The position numbers were made by a program, and so were the translations under genes. DNA of 63,304 nt, filler included, from Hausera hauseri (Eukaryota), in assembly GCA_046269625.1 (NCBI GenBank). It is 12 parts of 12 records of this genome, joined end to end, with 100 filler letters (N's around TTAATTAATTAA, not from the genome) between each part and the next. Parts side by side here need not be neighbours in the genome. Positions count along the whole stretch, not along the records: positions 9,207 to 16,820 come from JBJURY010004791.1; positions 16,921 to 22,622 come from JBJURY010203636.1; positions 22,723 to 26,852 come from JBJURY010742986.1; 9 more parts are not named here. The stretch is one strand, 5' to 3'. The stretch's first letter is position 1. Each line of letters starts with the position of its first letter. This document shows, piece by piece, positions 11,000-23,828 of the stretch. The notes below the pieces were generated by a model. It did no database searches and had not been told where the DNA came from. It saw nothing but the letters and a program-made list of their open reading frames with translations.

Positions 11000-12420
11000 C
11001 GATCCTTCTTCTGTTCATATGAAATCTTAATTGTTCCGTCTGATGCTAAATTTCGTTGTCTGTCGATTAATTCTTCAAGCTGATTTTTCCTCATTGTCAC
11101 TATTGCACTTGCCTTTGTCTTCAACCTGGATAATGCATCTGCATCCACGCTTTTTGCATCAGGTTTATATTGGAACTCCATATTGTATCTTGATATTTCT
11201 TCAATCCACCGATTTAGTCTACACGTACGGTTATTCGCTCGTCTCTTTGGGGTTGTAACTGTCTTATGATCGGTAACTATTATGATCCTCTGGCAGTATA
11301 CATATACGTTAAAATGTCTCAGTGCTTCTTTTACTGCGAGCGTTTCTAATTCTGTCACAGAATAATTTTTTTCTGCTTTCTTTAGGAAGCGTCCTCCATA
11401 AGCAGTTGGGTGTTCTAGTTCATCGTCTTCACGTTTCTGTGCCAATTCGTATCAGATACCGTCTTTACTTGCATCTGTTTTAATAATAAACGGTAAGTTA
11501 AAATCAGGATATCTCAGCACTGGTTCGCTAGTTAATATTATCTTCATTTCATCGAATGCCTTCTGCTCAACATCGGTTTATCTCCATTTTATCCCCTTTT
11601 TTAATAATCTGTATAATGGTGCGTTGATTTTTGAGTTATCTGGTACATAGGTAGCATAATATCCATATAAACCTAACCAATGTCTTAGTTCCTTTTGGTT
11701 CTGAGGTTCCATACAGTCTGAAATTTTATTCAGTAATGATTTGTCGGGCTTGGAACCTCCTTTGCAAACTATATGGCCAAAATAGGATACAGCATTTTGG
11801 GCCCATCTACATTTCTTCGGATTCAGCTTCAATTTGGCGTGTTCTAATCTCATAAGAGTATCTTCAATATCCTTCAAATGCTCTTTTTCGTCTTTTGATG
11901 CAATCATTACGTCGTCTAAGTACGCAAATGCATGTTCAAGTCCCATTAACATTTTATTCATCATTCTGGTAAATATGGCTGGTCCGGTGGTGATTCCGAA
12001 CGGCATAACGTTAAATTCATATACGCCATCGTGAGTTTTGAACGCTGTTTTAAAACAATCTTCGTCTTCAATTTCTACTTGCCAATATCGGGATTGTAAG
12101 TCCAGAGTAGTAAACCATTTTGCTCCTAAGAGTCTATCTAAAGCTTCCTTTACAGACGGTAGGGGAAAAGAATCCTTCATCATAAGAGTATTCAATGCTC
12201 TATAATCAATACAGAACCTATGTTTCGTTGTACCTTTCTTTTTGACCATAAGAATAGGTGAATACCATGATCTAAAACTTGGTCAAATTATATCGGCCTT
12301 TAACATACGCTCTACCTCCTTGGTTATTTCCGGTCTTAGGGAATGCGGCGGTGGATACCATTTTGGCATTTTCTGTTCCTCGAGATCCATTTCATCATTG
12401 GATCCGGGCTTTTTCTTAAG
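11000..12420 (-). pseudogene. RT + RNase H, family B copy 1
   Basis: RFCIDYRALN, LDLQSRYWQV, MPFGI, YLDDVMI, NYSVTELETLAV, DADALSR. Confidence 0.93.
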
Positions 12421-13041
12421 CGGTATTGTTAACTTTAATGCCTTTGCTCGGCCAATGTCTTCTTCGTCTTTAGCAATAATTGATTTATATCGACATAATA
12501 ATTCGTAAAACTGACAATAAGCTTCTGGTGAAAACTTCGTATCGACGTGTGGTGGAAATTCAGCGTACTTATACGGTTTCTCTTCAATCGTTATTGCCGC
12601 TACTTTATAAGTATGTCCTAGAGTAGTGTTAGTATATAACCTTACTGGAGTCTAAGCATTATTTACTATCCTTACGGGTATTCGACCGCATACTACTCGG
12701 ATTAATATATTGCTTAAGATTATATTCGGATTTAGCGTTTCTTTTGGTTCAAAATATACTGGTAAATCGTCGTTCTGACAGATTTGTGCAAATATCAATA
12801 ATTCCGTTCTAGGCGGAATGTTTTCATCGACTGGAATCCAGACTTCTCCAGATTCTCTTTCTTTATTAACCTTAGTTCCTTTTATCGGTCCGAGCTCGAT
12901 TAACTTCGAGGTATTCAGATCTATCGCGACGTTTGGTAGACGTCTTAATACATCACATCCTAAAACTACGTCGTCTGTTAAGTGTTCCATTATAGAAAAT
13001 TCATGGAGGAATGTTTCTCCCATTATTTTAAGATTAGGATT

Positions 13042-14370
13042 TCACTTGAATTTCGGTCTTGATTCTTGTCCGAAAGCTCCTGTACTTCCGGGATCGGTTG
13101 CGAGTGGTAGTCGTAATTGATTTCGCAACGTTTTTGGTATCGATCTGTCCTTTATGAATGATTTCTCTGATCCGGTATCTACTAATGCGTAAACTTCCCA
13201 ATCGTCAATACTAATTTTGGCGAAAGATCTACCTTCTTTTATCTTGGGTTGTTTAACGACGGATATCTTGTACCCATTTATACTAATTTCTGGTGCTTTA
13301 TTCTCAGCTACTTGTCTTAATTCCTCAATAGGATATAGTCCATTATTTGCACCGTTTTCGTCGTTTCGATCCGGCGTATTGATGAGCGGTTTTCGGTTGT
13401 TTTGATTATGAAATGATTGCATTTGTGGATTATCGCAAATTAATGATTTAGTTTCTATATTCCGCGAAATCCTCGGATAGTGTATTATCTTGTGATCATC
13501 TGCCGGCTGGCGGCATAATTCGGAGTTTTCCCTGGTTCGGTATATTTTCGGTAACACGCCGTACTGTTTTGTTCCTTCATAGGGATCTTCATAATTGAAA
13601 GGCTTTCGATAGATTTCCGAACTATAGGAGTTAATAGATCTCTTATCGCTGACTTCGTATTGCGGTACCGAAGGGGGTAGCATTGGTAATGGTGGCCTAA
13701 GCGCCTTCCGATTGCTTATCTTGGAGACCGCGTCTCCTCCCTTAGGCTCATCATCATCCGAATCGTTTTTTCGAAATTTTGTATTTCTTTGTCCTATGAA
13801 AAATATAGATTTTCTCTTTCGTTTTCGATTATAATAACCAACGTGTCGCTCCACGTCGCTTTTACATTTGTTTTCTTCGTAAGCCTTCAGAAATTTGCCA
13901 AACGGTGTTATGACCGCGGTCAAAATTTTGCATGAAATTCCGGTTACAGAAAATATTTCATAGCCATTTATGATAGACTGAATTATAGCCTTTACGAGTT
14001 GTACCAGGAAGTAGATGGCTAAAAATCCTGATGCAGCTTTTCCGAAAATTTAAAATCTTCCCCAGATTTTATATAGTATTTCTGTAGTGACTCTTTCATA
14101 ATGATTAGTGTTAGTAGGGATTCCCATTTTGCTGGACAGCGAGTGTCATCTATCACCGTCGACTTGGCTCTATTTAGCTCATGCGTACGCTGTCGAGGGA
14201 AGGCTAAAAATGTCTAAAAGCTTCAATCTCTTTAGGTCTGTAAATCCCTTTACTTGCAGTGTCGGCGAACCTGTTGTCGGGTATATCTTTTAATAAATTT
14301 GTTCCAGGTGTAGATATTATTCCTCAATTTTGCAGACTTACCCAATCTGTCTCACTTCTCTTAAACATAT
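13042..14370 (-). pseudogene. Glycoprotein C-terminal/TM region + linker + aspartic protease in one frame
   Basis: From 14040, KAASGFLAIYFLVQLVKAIIQSIINGYEIFSVTGISCKILTAVITPFGK reads without a stop into ALVDTGSEKSF. One TAA lies just upstream (IWGRF*IFG). Confidence 0.75.
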
Positions 14371-14699
14371 GAAAGATATCCATCGGTTGAATTTGGATGG
14401 GCGTCTTCGGATTTTGGTTGTATAAATCTTCCAAATAAACATTCCATCCTGAATCATCTGCAACTTCTGGAAGTCCACAATCTAACAATGCCATAAGCGC
14501 GCTTCGTGCATTTTCACGGATTACGTTTAGTCTTGGCTGTATTTATTTCATCAAGTTAGTTTGAAACTTTACTTCGTATCCACATGCATGTTGTATGGTT
14601 TTTAGTGTCGGTCCTAATTCCTCTGTAGGAAATAACCCTTTTCTTTCAGAATCCGTTAATTCGGTCGTCACATCCGTTAACCATCTTTGTACGAATTCT

Positions 14700-16790
14700 C
14701 TTTTATTCGTTAACTCTGATTGTGTGATCTTATATTTGCTCTTATAAGCCTCCAGTTTTTTTTGCCTAATTCATCTAGCTTCGTAGCTATTTGCTTTGTA
14801 CGAATTCGCAATTCTTCTATATCTTTAACTTGAGTTGTCAATTGTCGCGTTTTATCGTCATCTATTTCTGCCATTGCCGACAGTAGTAATATCATTTCGC
14901 GCATTTCTTTTAGAGTCTCCGAATCTGGGTCTATTGCTTCAATCAGTCTCTTTACGAATCTAGCTTCGTCTGGTGTGAGGCGATGGTCTTTGGCTATTTT
15001 TATTAGCTCAGCGTGACAGTTCTGGTCGGTATCTGATGCCCACTCAAAAGGACGATGTAGGTATTTTAGTACTTCTTCTAACGCTTTTCGATGATTTGGA
15101 CAAATATCCAACGTCGATAAATCACACATGGATATTTCATCTATAGGCCTTATTATCAAATGTCGTAAACCTTCTAGGTGGATACCCTTTAGTTTCATCG
15201 ATAAGGAGAGATCTTCTCTTGTTTCGCCGATAATTTCATTTCTTCGATCACGGTATATAATTTTTCTGTACGTTTCATTTCCTGGTCTTTGTTCATAAAT
15301 CTTATTCTCAATAACTCGTTAAATTCAACTCGAAGGTTTGCCTCTATTTTGTAAACATCAACTTTACGAAGTATTTCCTTTAGCTGTTGTTTTAATATTG
15401 GTTCACGTTCTAAATACTTTCTTAAACGATATTTCGTTAGACCCACCAATTTGTCTAATAGTTCAAACCATACTTTGAGCTAATTATCTATCATTGGTTT
15501 CGCGTTTATTACATTTTCTAATCGTTCCTAGGCGTCGTACAATTTATCATCTGAACCCTTAATATAGTTCATTACTCCTTTAACGTAGTTAACTTCCTTC
15601 TTATATTCGTCCATTTCTAAAATGCATTTTTTCGTTATGCTTTGTACTACTTGTTTCTCCGCATACGATATTTTATTCCAATATCTGTAAATTTCGGAGC
15701 GCCTTTTGTCTTGCGAGGCTATGCGAATTCCTATTTCCGCATATTCTTTAGGCGCGTTGTACGCGATCTTACATATTTCCATTACGGAAGGAATGTCTAC
15801 AGGTTCTATGCTTAGTATTAAAAATTCGTTTTCATCCAATTCGTTTATAGGTTTATTTTTGAGATGATAGATTACTGCAATCTCTATTTTTACCATTAAC
15901 TTCTCCAAATTCCTTTTTGTTTGCTTCTGTTCTGGATCCGTTTCTAGTGTCTTTAGTAATCCTTGGGCAGTCGCCACTTTATTCTTAATTTCTATCTCCT
16001 GATTATTCCATGTGTCGGTGAAGTCGATTCCGCTTTTTATCCATGAATCTAGTTTTGTCTTCCATTTGTCAATTGACTTCTCCATAATTTCATACATTTA
16101 CTCTTGTTCTTTTTCCTTGTTAACGTCTTTCTCAAGGTATTGTTTGAATTCTTTATACACTCTTTCAGCAAATTTCTGTTCTTTTCGTGACACATTTACT
16201 TGAGTTTTTATACGTCTTAATTCTTCCAAATTGTGACGTATCGTCTCTGTATCTGTTGGCGCCATTTTAATCTCTTTTAATTTATCTGAATTTTTCCAGA
16301 ACTTTCTGATTCTCCACACTTTTCCGTCTAATCTTTTAATTCGTTCCGTGCCATCAGTTTCACCTTCGCTATCGGGTAATAGACATATCGTATTTATCTC
16401 GCTGTTCACGTCTCCAAGAGATACACTTGTACTTTGAACATCCGAAACGTCAGTAAGCTGCACATCTGGAGTGTCTAAGTACGGAGTGTCCTCTATGTCT
16501 ACATCTCAAACTTGAGTTTTCTCTGCATTGTCTCTTTTTAATGGCAATCTTGATCGACCCTTTTGCTTCGTTTTAATGTAATGGACTACGACCTCTATTT
16601 TTTGTTATTTTAAGGACTAATAGCACTATATATTCACTCTCAATTTCGTCAGCCACATCTTGACGTCCTTCTATCAGGGTTTCAGATTCAACGTCCAAGT
16701 TTACATTGGACGATGTCGTTGCTACGTCGACTTTGGTTACTTCTTTTGTCTCCGCAGGCTTTTCAAGCACATTCTTCTTGCGAAACATTT
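14700..16790 (-). pseudogene. Large charged/helical ORF of unknown function upstream of the glycoprotein (broken into several ORFs)
   Basis: Consecutive same-strand K/E-rich ORFs (16573-16788, 16098-16463, 15528-16097, 15195-15449, 14710-15198). No zinc knuckle recognised. Confidence 0.55.
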
Positions 16791-16920
16791 TACTATTGTT
16801 TGGCGCTATTAAGTACTCATNNNNNNNNNNNNNNNNNNNNNNNNNNNNNNNNNNNNNNNNNNNNTTAATTAATTAANNNNNNNNNNNNNNNNNNNNNNNN
16901 NNNNNNNNNNNNNNNNNNNN

Positions 16921-17120
16921 GCATATGTTGTTGCTGGGCGATTGCCACGTAGTCAGAAGATAGTTCTGACGGACGACCTTGTTGATATATGCAAACCTGG
17001 TGACGAAATTGATGTTACTGGCATTTTGTGTTTGCAATACGATTCGTCCACAAATATCAAACATGGATTTCCTGCGTTCGATATTTATATCCTCGTCAAT
17101 AACCTCATAAAAACTGTCGA
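16921..17120 (+). pseudogene. MCM2: MCM2 fragment (OB-fold region)
   Basis: GRLPRSQKIVLTDDLVDICKPGDEIDVTGI...YD.S.NIKHGFPAF...ILVNN matches MCM2 GRLPRS..ILL.DLVDSCKPGDEIELTGIY...YDGSLN..NGFPVF. Confidence 0.85.
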
Positions 17121-17283
17121 ACAACTCATCCTCAGTAAACTAAACGATGAAACTTATCAAAACACCGAATTCAAACAGGCATTGGCTCACTATCGCGTAA
17201 CTGTCGGAATTTGCCTTGAGAATAGGTTGTTAATCACACCAAGAATTTTGGCCAGCAAGGCTCAGGCCCTAAGTCAGGTGCCG

Positions 17284-17394
17284 TGCATCAACAATGATTC
17301 ATTGCACCCTGACGCTGCATTTGTCATAAAAGACAATGGCGAACGAATTGGTCTGAAGAGACGGACAGCTACATCAGACGTTCGATTACAATTC
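17284..17394 (+). pseudogene. POLR2A: Short fragment of RNA polymerase II largest subunit (RPB1)
   Basis: DSLHPDAAFVIKDNGERIGLK...TSDVRLQ versus RPB1 [20 protein letters not shown]...SDLHLQ. Confidence 0.65.
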
Positions 17395-17595
17395 ATTCGA
17401 CACACCACTTTACATATAATGCCAACGATGTCGCACCGAATGATTTCGTACTTTCCGGCAATACTCAGATCTTTACGGGATAACACCGTGTTGAACACGC
17501 GCCTCGACGAGTTCGGAACCCAAATTATCACTTTCGAACGTAAGCCGATTAATGATACATTTATATTTTCTGTAAATATTTCTAAATTTCCACTA

Positions 17596-17754
17596 CCCGA
17601 AGCTTACCAACTTCTCAAAAGTCGAATTCGTAATTTAATTTGTTTACACTTTTATGGCTTAGTCTACAAGTTAGTTAGGAAGTACAAGGAAGCCACGAAA
17701 TTTTATCCGAAAATTTTAAAATTGGCTCAAGAGTTCAGTCAGCCGTTGCGTGAT
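17596..17754 (+). pseudogene. NAA15: Short TPR fragment of NatA auxiliary subunit NAA15
   Basis: EAYQLLK...ICLHFYGLVYKLVRKYKEATKFYPKILKLAQEFSQPLRD versus NAA15 EAYELVR...[39 protein letters not shown]. Confidence 0.7.
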
Positions 17755-17756
17755 TT

Positions 17757-20700
17757 CTGGGGAAACTCGGGCACCCCGTATTTTCGTGCCCGCCCTGCCG
17801 GGGCGGGAACCCCGACCGCCAACTCTGCGCCGGTCGGTCGGGGGCACCTTCGATATCGGCCCTAAGTCACGCTTCCAGGTGCACCACTACTTCCCCATTT
17901 CCCTTTTCTTTTATAATAACACCTACATATATACGGCCCACATAAAACACCTATACATTTCCACTCTTCAGACCCGCATCTCTTCCCTTGGGTCTTCTGA
18001 CTTCTTTCTTACTCATCACGACGCTATCATTTATCATAACGAAATTTTTTCTTTTCCCAATCGAACTTGCTTCAACATACATCTGCGTATCCGTGGTGGA
18101 ATGAATTCCCCACCATCTATCGACACCACGGATACAACTACCACAAAAAACCAATACCCATCCTTTATTACTGTAAACCTAGCCCACCACTCTCTTTAAT
18201 CGATGCAAATCTCCATAAAAAATCTACCAACACTCCTCACTGCACTGAATACTTCATCGATAACGAAAAGTCCAGTAAGACGTGGCTTCATTTCCACCAA
18301 CTCTGTTTACAGTCTAATGGCATCACAGAATCCTTATCTAAGGCCCACAGCTTACTCTATCTTCTCCCAAGCTCAATAAAAGCATTAATACATAACTTGT
18401 TAGAGGTCTTTCAGAACCCTGATCCATATACCCAACTCTTCGATGCTGTCTTAAAACAGACCGAACCCTCCATTGACTCCATAATGCAGCGTTTCTTTAA
18501 CGAAAAATCCACTTGGCACGCAAAAATCCAGTGACTTCTTACGTACTTCATTAGAATACTTGCGTACTCTTGGCGTCACTAGGGAACATAACCCGGATTT
18601 TCTACGCCATTATTTTATGAACGCCATACCTAACCAAATCCGGGCCCTTCTTACCGTGGTGGGAGACTCCACGCCGCTTGAAAAATTGGCCGAATTGGCC
18701 GACAGAACATACGATGTCCTTCACATAAATTCACAACCAGTAGTTTCAGCAGCAGTTGCTACTAACGACACACAAACACTTAACACACCAATACAACATC
18801 AGCTAAATCAGGTACGTGCTGAAAATATTGCACTGCAGGCAACTATCAACAACATAAATAATAAACTAAATGAATTGTCTTTGTCCCGACGATGGGGTTT
18901 TGCTGATGACCGTACCCGTTCTGCGTCACGAAACCGCTCACCATCGCTTGCTCGTGCGTCGATCTGCTATTATCACCGCAGATTTGACACTAATGCCCAG
19001 AAGTGCTGCATAGGATGCACTTTTTATAATCAGAAGTTTTCCTCGGACACCGTTATCTGCATCTAATATGCAAGGTTCAAAAATCAAGCTCGTAGATGTC
19101 TTCCAGGCTGCACTTTCAAATCCAACACGAATAACGGACGTACTGCCTTTCCTTCTAATAGTCGTCCTAATTCTCCTTTTCAAAAGGCTAATTTCGCCAC
19201 TAGAGGCCACGGCAAACTCTGACAAAGGCACGCCTTCACATTCTGAACGCCGACACGTCTTCTTCGCTGTTTTCACCTTAAAGGCTGCAATCACTGCTCC
19301 TACTACGCAATCTGTTGACTTGCTTATTGACACAGGTGCAGATATTTCTCTATTACCGCAAACCTTTACTGTTCAAAACTCTCCATTCAAACTTCAGCCC
19401 TTACACACTGCTTCAGGCCAACCGCTGCACATCTCTGGAATGGTTAAATTATCTTTTACTCTTTAAATTTTCCAACACCTTTCCGTTGGACGTTCACAGT
19501 CGCTAACGTCCAGTCGGCAATTCTAGGATCTGACTTTCATTCACATTATAATCTACTGGTTGACTGCAGCCACCGATGTCTCAGGAACAGCACCGCTGGC
19601 CGCATTTCTGAGCATGTACATAGCATTTCGACTACCGCGCAGTCGACCGGAAAGCGGAGGTCAATATTAAAAATTCTATGAATAATTCAATTTTTATAAC
19701 GATAATTCTATTCGTAAATTTTTAAATAACAATACTGACATTCGATCGAAGTTCAATGTCGACAATTGTGGTACTGCTACCAACGTTCACTCATTCGACT
19801 AAAATACTTCAGCCAACACCATTTTCAACTCAACCATTTTGCACCAAATTCCACTTGCCTGCACATCATCTAACAACTCATAAATTGCATCTGCTACTAC
19901 TCAAGCCGTTTCACCACTTTCACCGAATCTCTCACAGCTACCTACAACTTTTCAACAGTTCATCAACACATCTTGCCCACGCGTACTTAAAAAGACCGTA
20001 CTTTTACCCCCGCAAACAGCACCTTACACCACATAGTCCCACAACACCAACGTCTAATACGCCAAAAAGTACGGCCTCTGTCACCTCGCCGTAGACATAC
20101 CGCAGAAGCCGAATTTCTTGAGCTCGAACGTTCCAGCATTGTACGCCGTTCCAAATCTCCCTAGTCATCACCGTTACACGTTGTGCAAAAAAAGGATAGT
20201 ACTTTTAGACCGTGCGATGACTACCGACAGCTTAACAACTTGACCATCATGGACGCATATCCTTTACCACTCATCAAGAATATTTTGCATCGCCTTAATT
20301 CAACCACCATATATTCAACCATTGATCTAACTAAAGCATACCATCAGATACCGGTAGCACCCGAAGACATTAAAAAAACCGCAGTAACTACTCCTTTTGG
20401 CCTCTACGAATACCTATTCATGCCATTCGGTTTGCGGAATGCCGCACAAACTTTTCAGCGGCACATTGATTCCATTCTTTCCGATTTCTCGTTTGCACAC
20501 CCTTATATCGACGAAATTTTAGTCGTTTCATCTTCGGCCAAACAACACGAAGAACACATTCGAGCAATATTTCAACGTCTCCACCACCATAATCTACAAA
20601 TCAACCTTGATAAATGCCAATTTTTCAAAAAACGCATTAACTTTTTAAGCCACGTTATCAAACCAAACGGCCATTCCCCACAATCAGACCGAGTCGAAGC

Positions 20701-22622
20701 TCTTAAAAACATCCAATTGCCACGTACGACCACCAAAATGCGTTGCTTCCTTGGCACACTCTACTTTGTACATAAATATGTGCCATATTGCTCGGAATTA
20801 ACAGCTCCATTCGCACACCTAAGCGGCGGAAAAAAACATCAACGAATTTAATAAACACGTGAATTGGTTGACAAATTCGACAAATTATGTGACGGAATTA
20901 AAACCGTCGACATTCTAGCTTCTTCCAAACCTGAAGCAGAACTTATCCTCACCACAGACGCCTTAACCACCTCAGTAGGCGCTGTACTCCACAAGGTCTG
21001 CAAGGAAGAAAACCAACCATTGGAATTTTTTTGTCGCAAACTAACCGCACCTGAAACCAGGTATTCCACGTTCGATAGAGAACTGTTGGCAATCGTTTTA
21101 GCCCTCAAACATTTCTCACACTTACTCGTCGCTCGTCATTTCACTCTACAAACCGATTACAAACCCTTACTTAACATCATGGCCATAAAACACCCTTCCA
21201 CACGCGAAGAACGGCAAATATCATACTTATCAACATTTAACTTCGAAATTAAACATATTAACGGAGTTAACAATTTAGTTGCTGATTTTATATCGAGGTC
21301 GGTTAGTTCGATTAATTTTTTACCGATCTTTACGCAAGAACAACTTCAACAGAATCAGTCACCTCAAGACATGCTTAAGTCTTTTAAATCTTGCACAATC
21401 GTTGACGGCGTGGCTTTAGACACCTCTAAATTAGGCAATTCAGTAATAATTCTCGCACCTTCATTGCAAAGGCAAGCATTTCACCACGTGCATTCACTAC
21501 AGCCACTTTTCATCTATTGCACCGACAGGTAATATGGCCGTCAATGCGTTTTGATGTGCAGGCATGGGTTAAGGAGTGTGTGGCATGCCAAAAATACAAA
21601 ACAACTAAGCATTTAAAGCCACCATTATTTCACTTTCCCTGCATATCGCGTTTCGAGTCCGTGCATATTGACACCGTTGGCCCTCTTCTTCCATACAACG
21701 GTCATCAATTCATACTCATCATGATGGACCGTTCATCGCAATGGCCAAAATCCATCGCTTTGCGAAGCACTAACACGACACCATAGCTGACGTTTTCATT
21801 CGCACATGGATTAGCATGTTCGGATCACCTCGCTTCATCATCACGGATCAGGGTCCACATTTTGAGTTCAACCTGTTCAAATCCCTCGTTAACCGACTGG
21901 GGATCCACCACTTACATACTACGCCTTATCATCATCAATCGAATAACCTCCTAGAACGTTTCCACCGTACATTGAAAACGTCACTAAGAATTCTCGCAGA
22001 GTCTAACAGTAGATGGACCAATCTTCTTCCGTTCGTTTTGCTTGGCTGGCGGAACACTCCGTCCACTTTTACAGGATGCTCACCTACTGAAGCCTTATTC
22101 GGAGTTCCTGTCCGATCATTATTCGAACTGACCGCCCCAGACGACACTCCCACGGATGAGACGATACGGGCGGCGCAAAATCACTTCGTCGAGGTTAGCA
22201 AGGATTCGTTTTGCAGGATACTTCACAAAAATAAAACATACCTACCTGAACATTTGTACACAGCTAAATTCGTATGGCTGAAAAATCAGGCTCCTTGCGG
22301 TTTCCAGCCACGGCACCTGGGGCCCTATAAACTTATGCAGCTACACTCGCATAACGCCATCATCTCCAAAGACGGTAAAGACTTCACAGTACACATCGCC
22401 AACCTAAATCCAGCTTTCCTTGTCGACGACACCTTACTACCTGATACGCCAACTTCTTTTCTTACTCCTCCACTCCCTGCTATCCCTACATCTATTACTA
22501 TACCACTTCCACCTTTCTCGTCTGCGCCAAGTCTTGCTCCATCATTTCCTACACGTCTTCCTTCTATTCCTACCAATCTTCCTATCTCTACCACTACCTC
22601 TGTATCATCTCCTTCCACTCTT
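17757..22622 (+). mobile_element. Ty3/Gypsy CsRn1-like (family A copy 2), decayed; UBL-gag-PR-RT-RH-IN
   Basis: UBL ends HLRIRGG (18100) followed by MNSPP; Gag CHCC (CYYHRRFDTNAQKCCIGC); protease LLIDTGADISLLP; RT 20183-20851 (YIDE); RH 20864-21300; IN 21517-22430; Pro/Ser-rich tail. Colinear with copy 1. Confidence 0.93.
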
Positions 22623-23179
22623 NNNNNNNNNNNNNNNNNNNNNNNNNNNNNNNNNNNNNNNNNNNNTTAATTAATTAANNNNNNNNNNNNNNNNNNNNNN
22701 NNNNNNNNNNNNNNNNNNNNNNCCGATTAAAATTGAACAGAAAACCAGATAGCAAAAATACCATATATAATAGTCATGTCGATAATATTTTAATATGAAA
22801 CTATTGATTGTTATGGAATTCACTCACGTTCTCCTTAATGATTTTCTTCAAATGCTGGTTACGTTTTGTTGAACAGGGTGTTTGAAAAAGCATGATATTT
22901 ACAAGAACTTACTGAATAGTAATGCATGAATCTATGCTAACTTTAATTTGTAATTTACAGTATATTAATTAATCTTTTAAATAATTATATTTCATTAATT
23001 TGGTTTCCGATTATTATTTTTCCATTCATTAATTTCTTTATAATAGTTTGTGGTTTTTTGTTTTGAACAATCGTTTAAAGGAACTTTACTTCTGTATGGA
23101 TTTGGCATTTCATACCATGACTGATAGCAGTATTTACACCATTGAAATAACCAGTCTTGGCATCATGCTGGTGACATGA

Positions 23180-23828
23180 AAGTGACAGATCAAAACAAAC
23201 TATGGCTGAAGTTCGAAAGAAACTCAATGAGCGACTTGACGTTTCATCATCTCGTGGATCTGTCATCACAAATTGGGAGGAGAAGCTGTTCACTTGTGGT
23301 TTCTTAGCAGATATGCACCGTAGTGGCGGTCCATCATGTGAAGATGAAATCGGTGATAACCTTTCCATCACTCTTTCTCAAAAACCAACCTCATCAATCC
23401 ATGGATTCGCTGCTGATATTGGCGCATCGATACAGAGCATTCATAAATATCTTCACAAAGAGGGATTCAAGCCATTTCGCCCTACATTTACTCAGTATCT
23501 CTCCAGTGATGATGAAGACAGGCGTCTTGCTTGTGGGGACCTACTAACCAAGTATCCATCATAATTTGAGCGTCGAAACTTTTTTCTTTGATGAATGTGC
23601 GGTGTACGCGGATGCCCGAACACCAGATCTCGTTTGGTGGAGCAAAGAAAATCCTCACTTCAACACACAAGTGCAACAACATCCACCATCCTTTATGATG
23701 TGGGCAACCATGTCAGCTTCTGAGCTTATTGAACCATTTGTGCTAAATGGTCATATAACACCGGAAGTGTGCACTGAGCTCCTGGAGAATAGATTCCTGC
23801 CTTCATTGAGACAGAGGAATCTCAGTTA
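23180..23828 (+). mobile_element. Tc1/mariner-superfamily transposase remnant, interrupted by an LTR insertion
   Basis: RSGGPS, HTH-like SIHKYLHKEGFKPFR, FFFDECAV, W..ENPH, MMWA.MS...LIEPF. The frame is cut at 23829 by an LTR. Confidence 0.7.

Larger units (their letters stand above)
9207..16820 (-). mobile_element. Ty3/Gypsy retrotransposon family B copy 1: unknown ORF - truncated glycoprotein - PR - RT - RH - IN - secreted-type ORF; decayed
   Basis: Protease VYALVDTGSEKSF (~13160-13200); RT with YLDD (11578-12249); RH (TDAS, ELETLAV, TDHK); IN (H..H..C, MDIVGSLP, NDRGRNF); GRGPYEV module. Confidence 0.92.

Noticed and set aside
12600-12860. dUTPase-like domain between protease and RT in family B
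   Set aside because: dUTPase catalytic motifs are not visible, and a similar beta-rich insert is common in invertebrate Gypsy elements. It is not treated as novel.
9207-16820. Alternative genetic code to explain in-frame stops
   Set aside because: Stops are of all three types, differ between copies and co-occur with frameshifts, and the intact Tigger ORF and the recognisable CDC123 exons read with the standard code. Decay is the simpler explanation.
17120-17283. Possible Piwi/Argonaute linker fragment (YQNTEFKQALAHY...PRIL)
   Set aside because: The similarity is too weak to call by eye, so it is left as an unidentified mosaic piece.
17757-17862. HDV-like ribozyme in the family A leader
   Set aside because: I could not map the nested double-pseudoknot elements. 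It is kept only as a generic structured leader.
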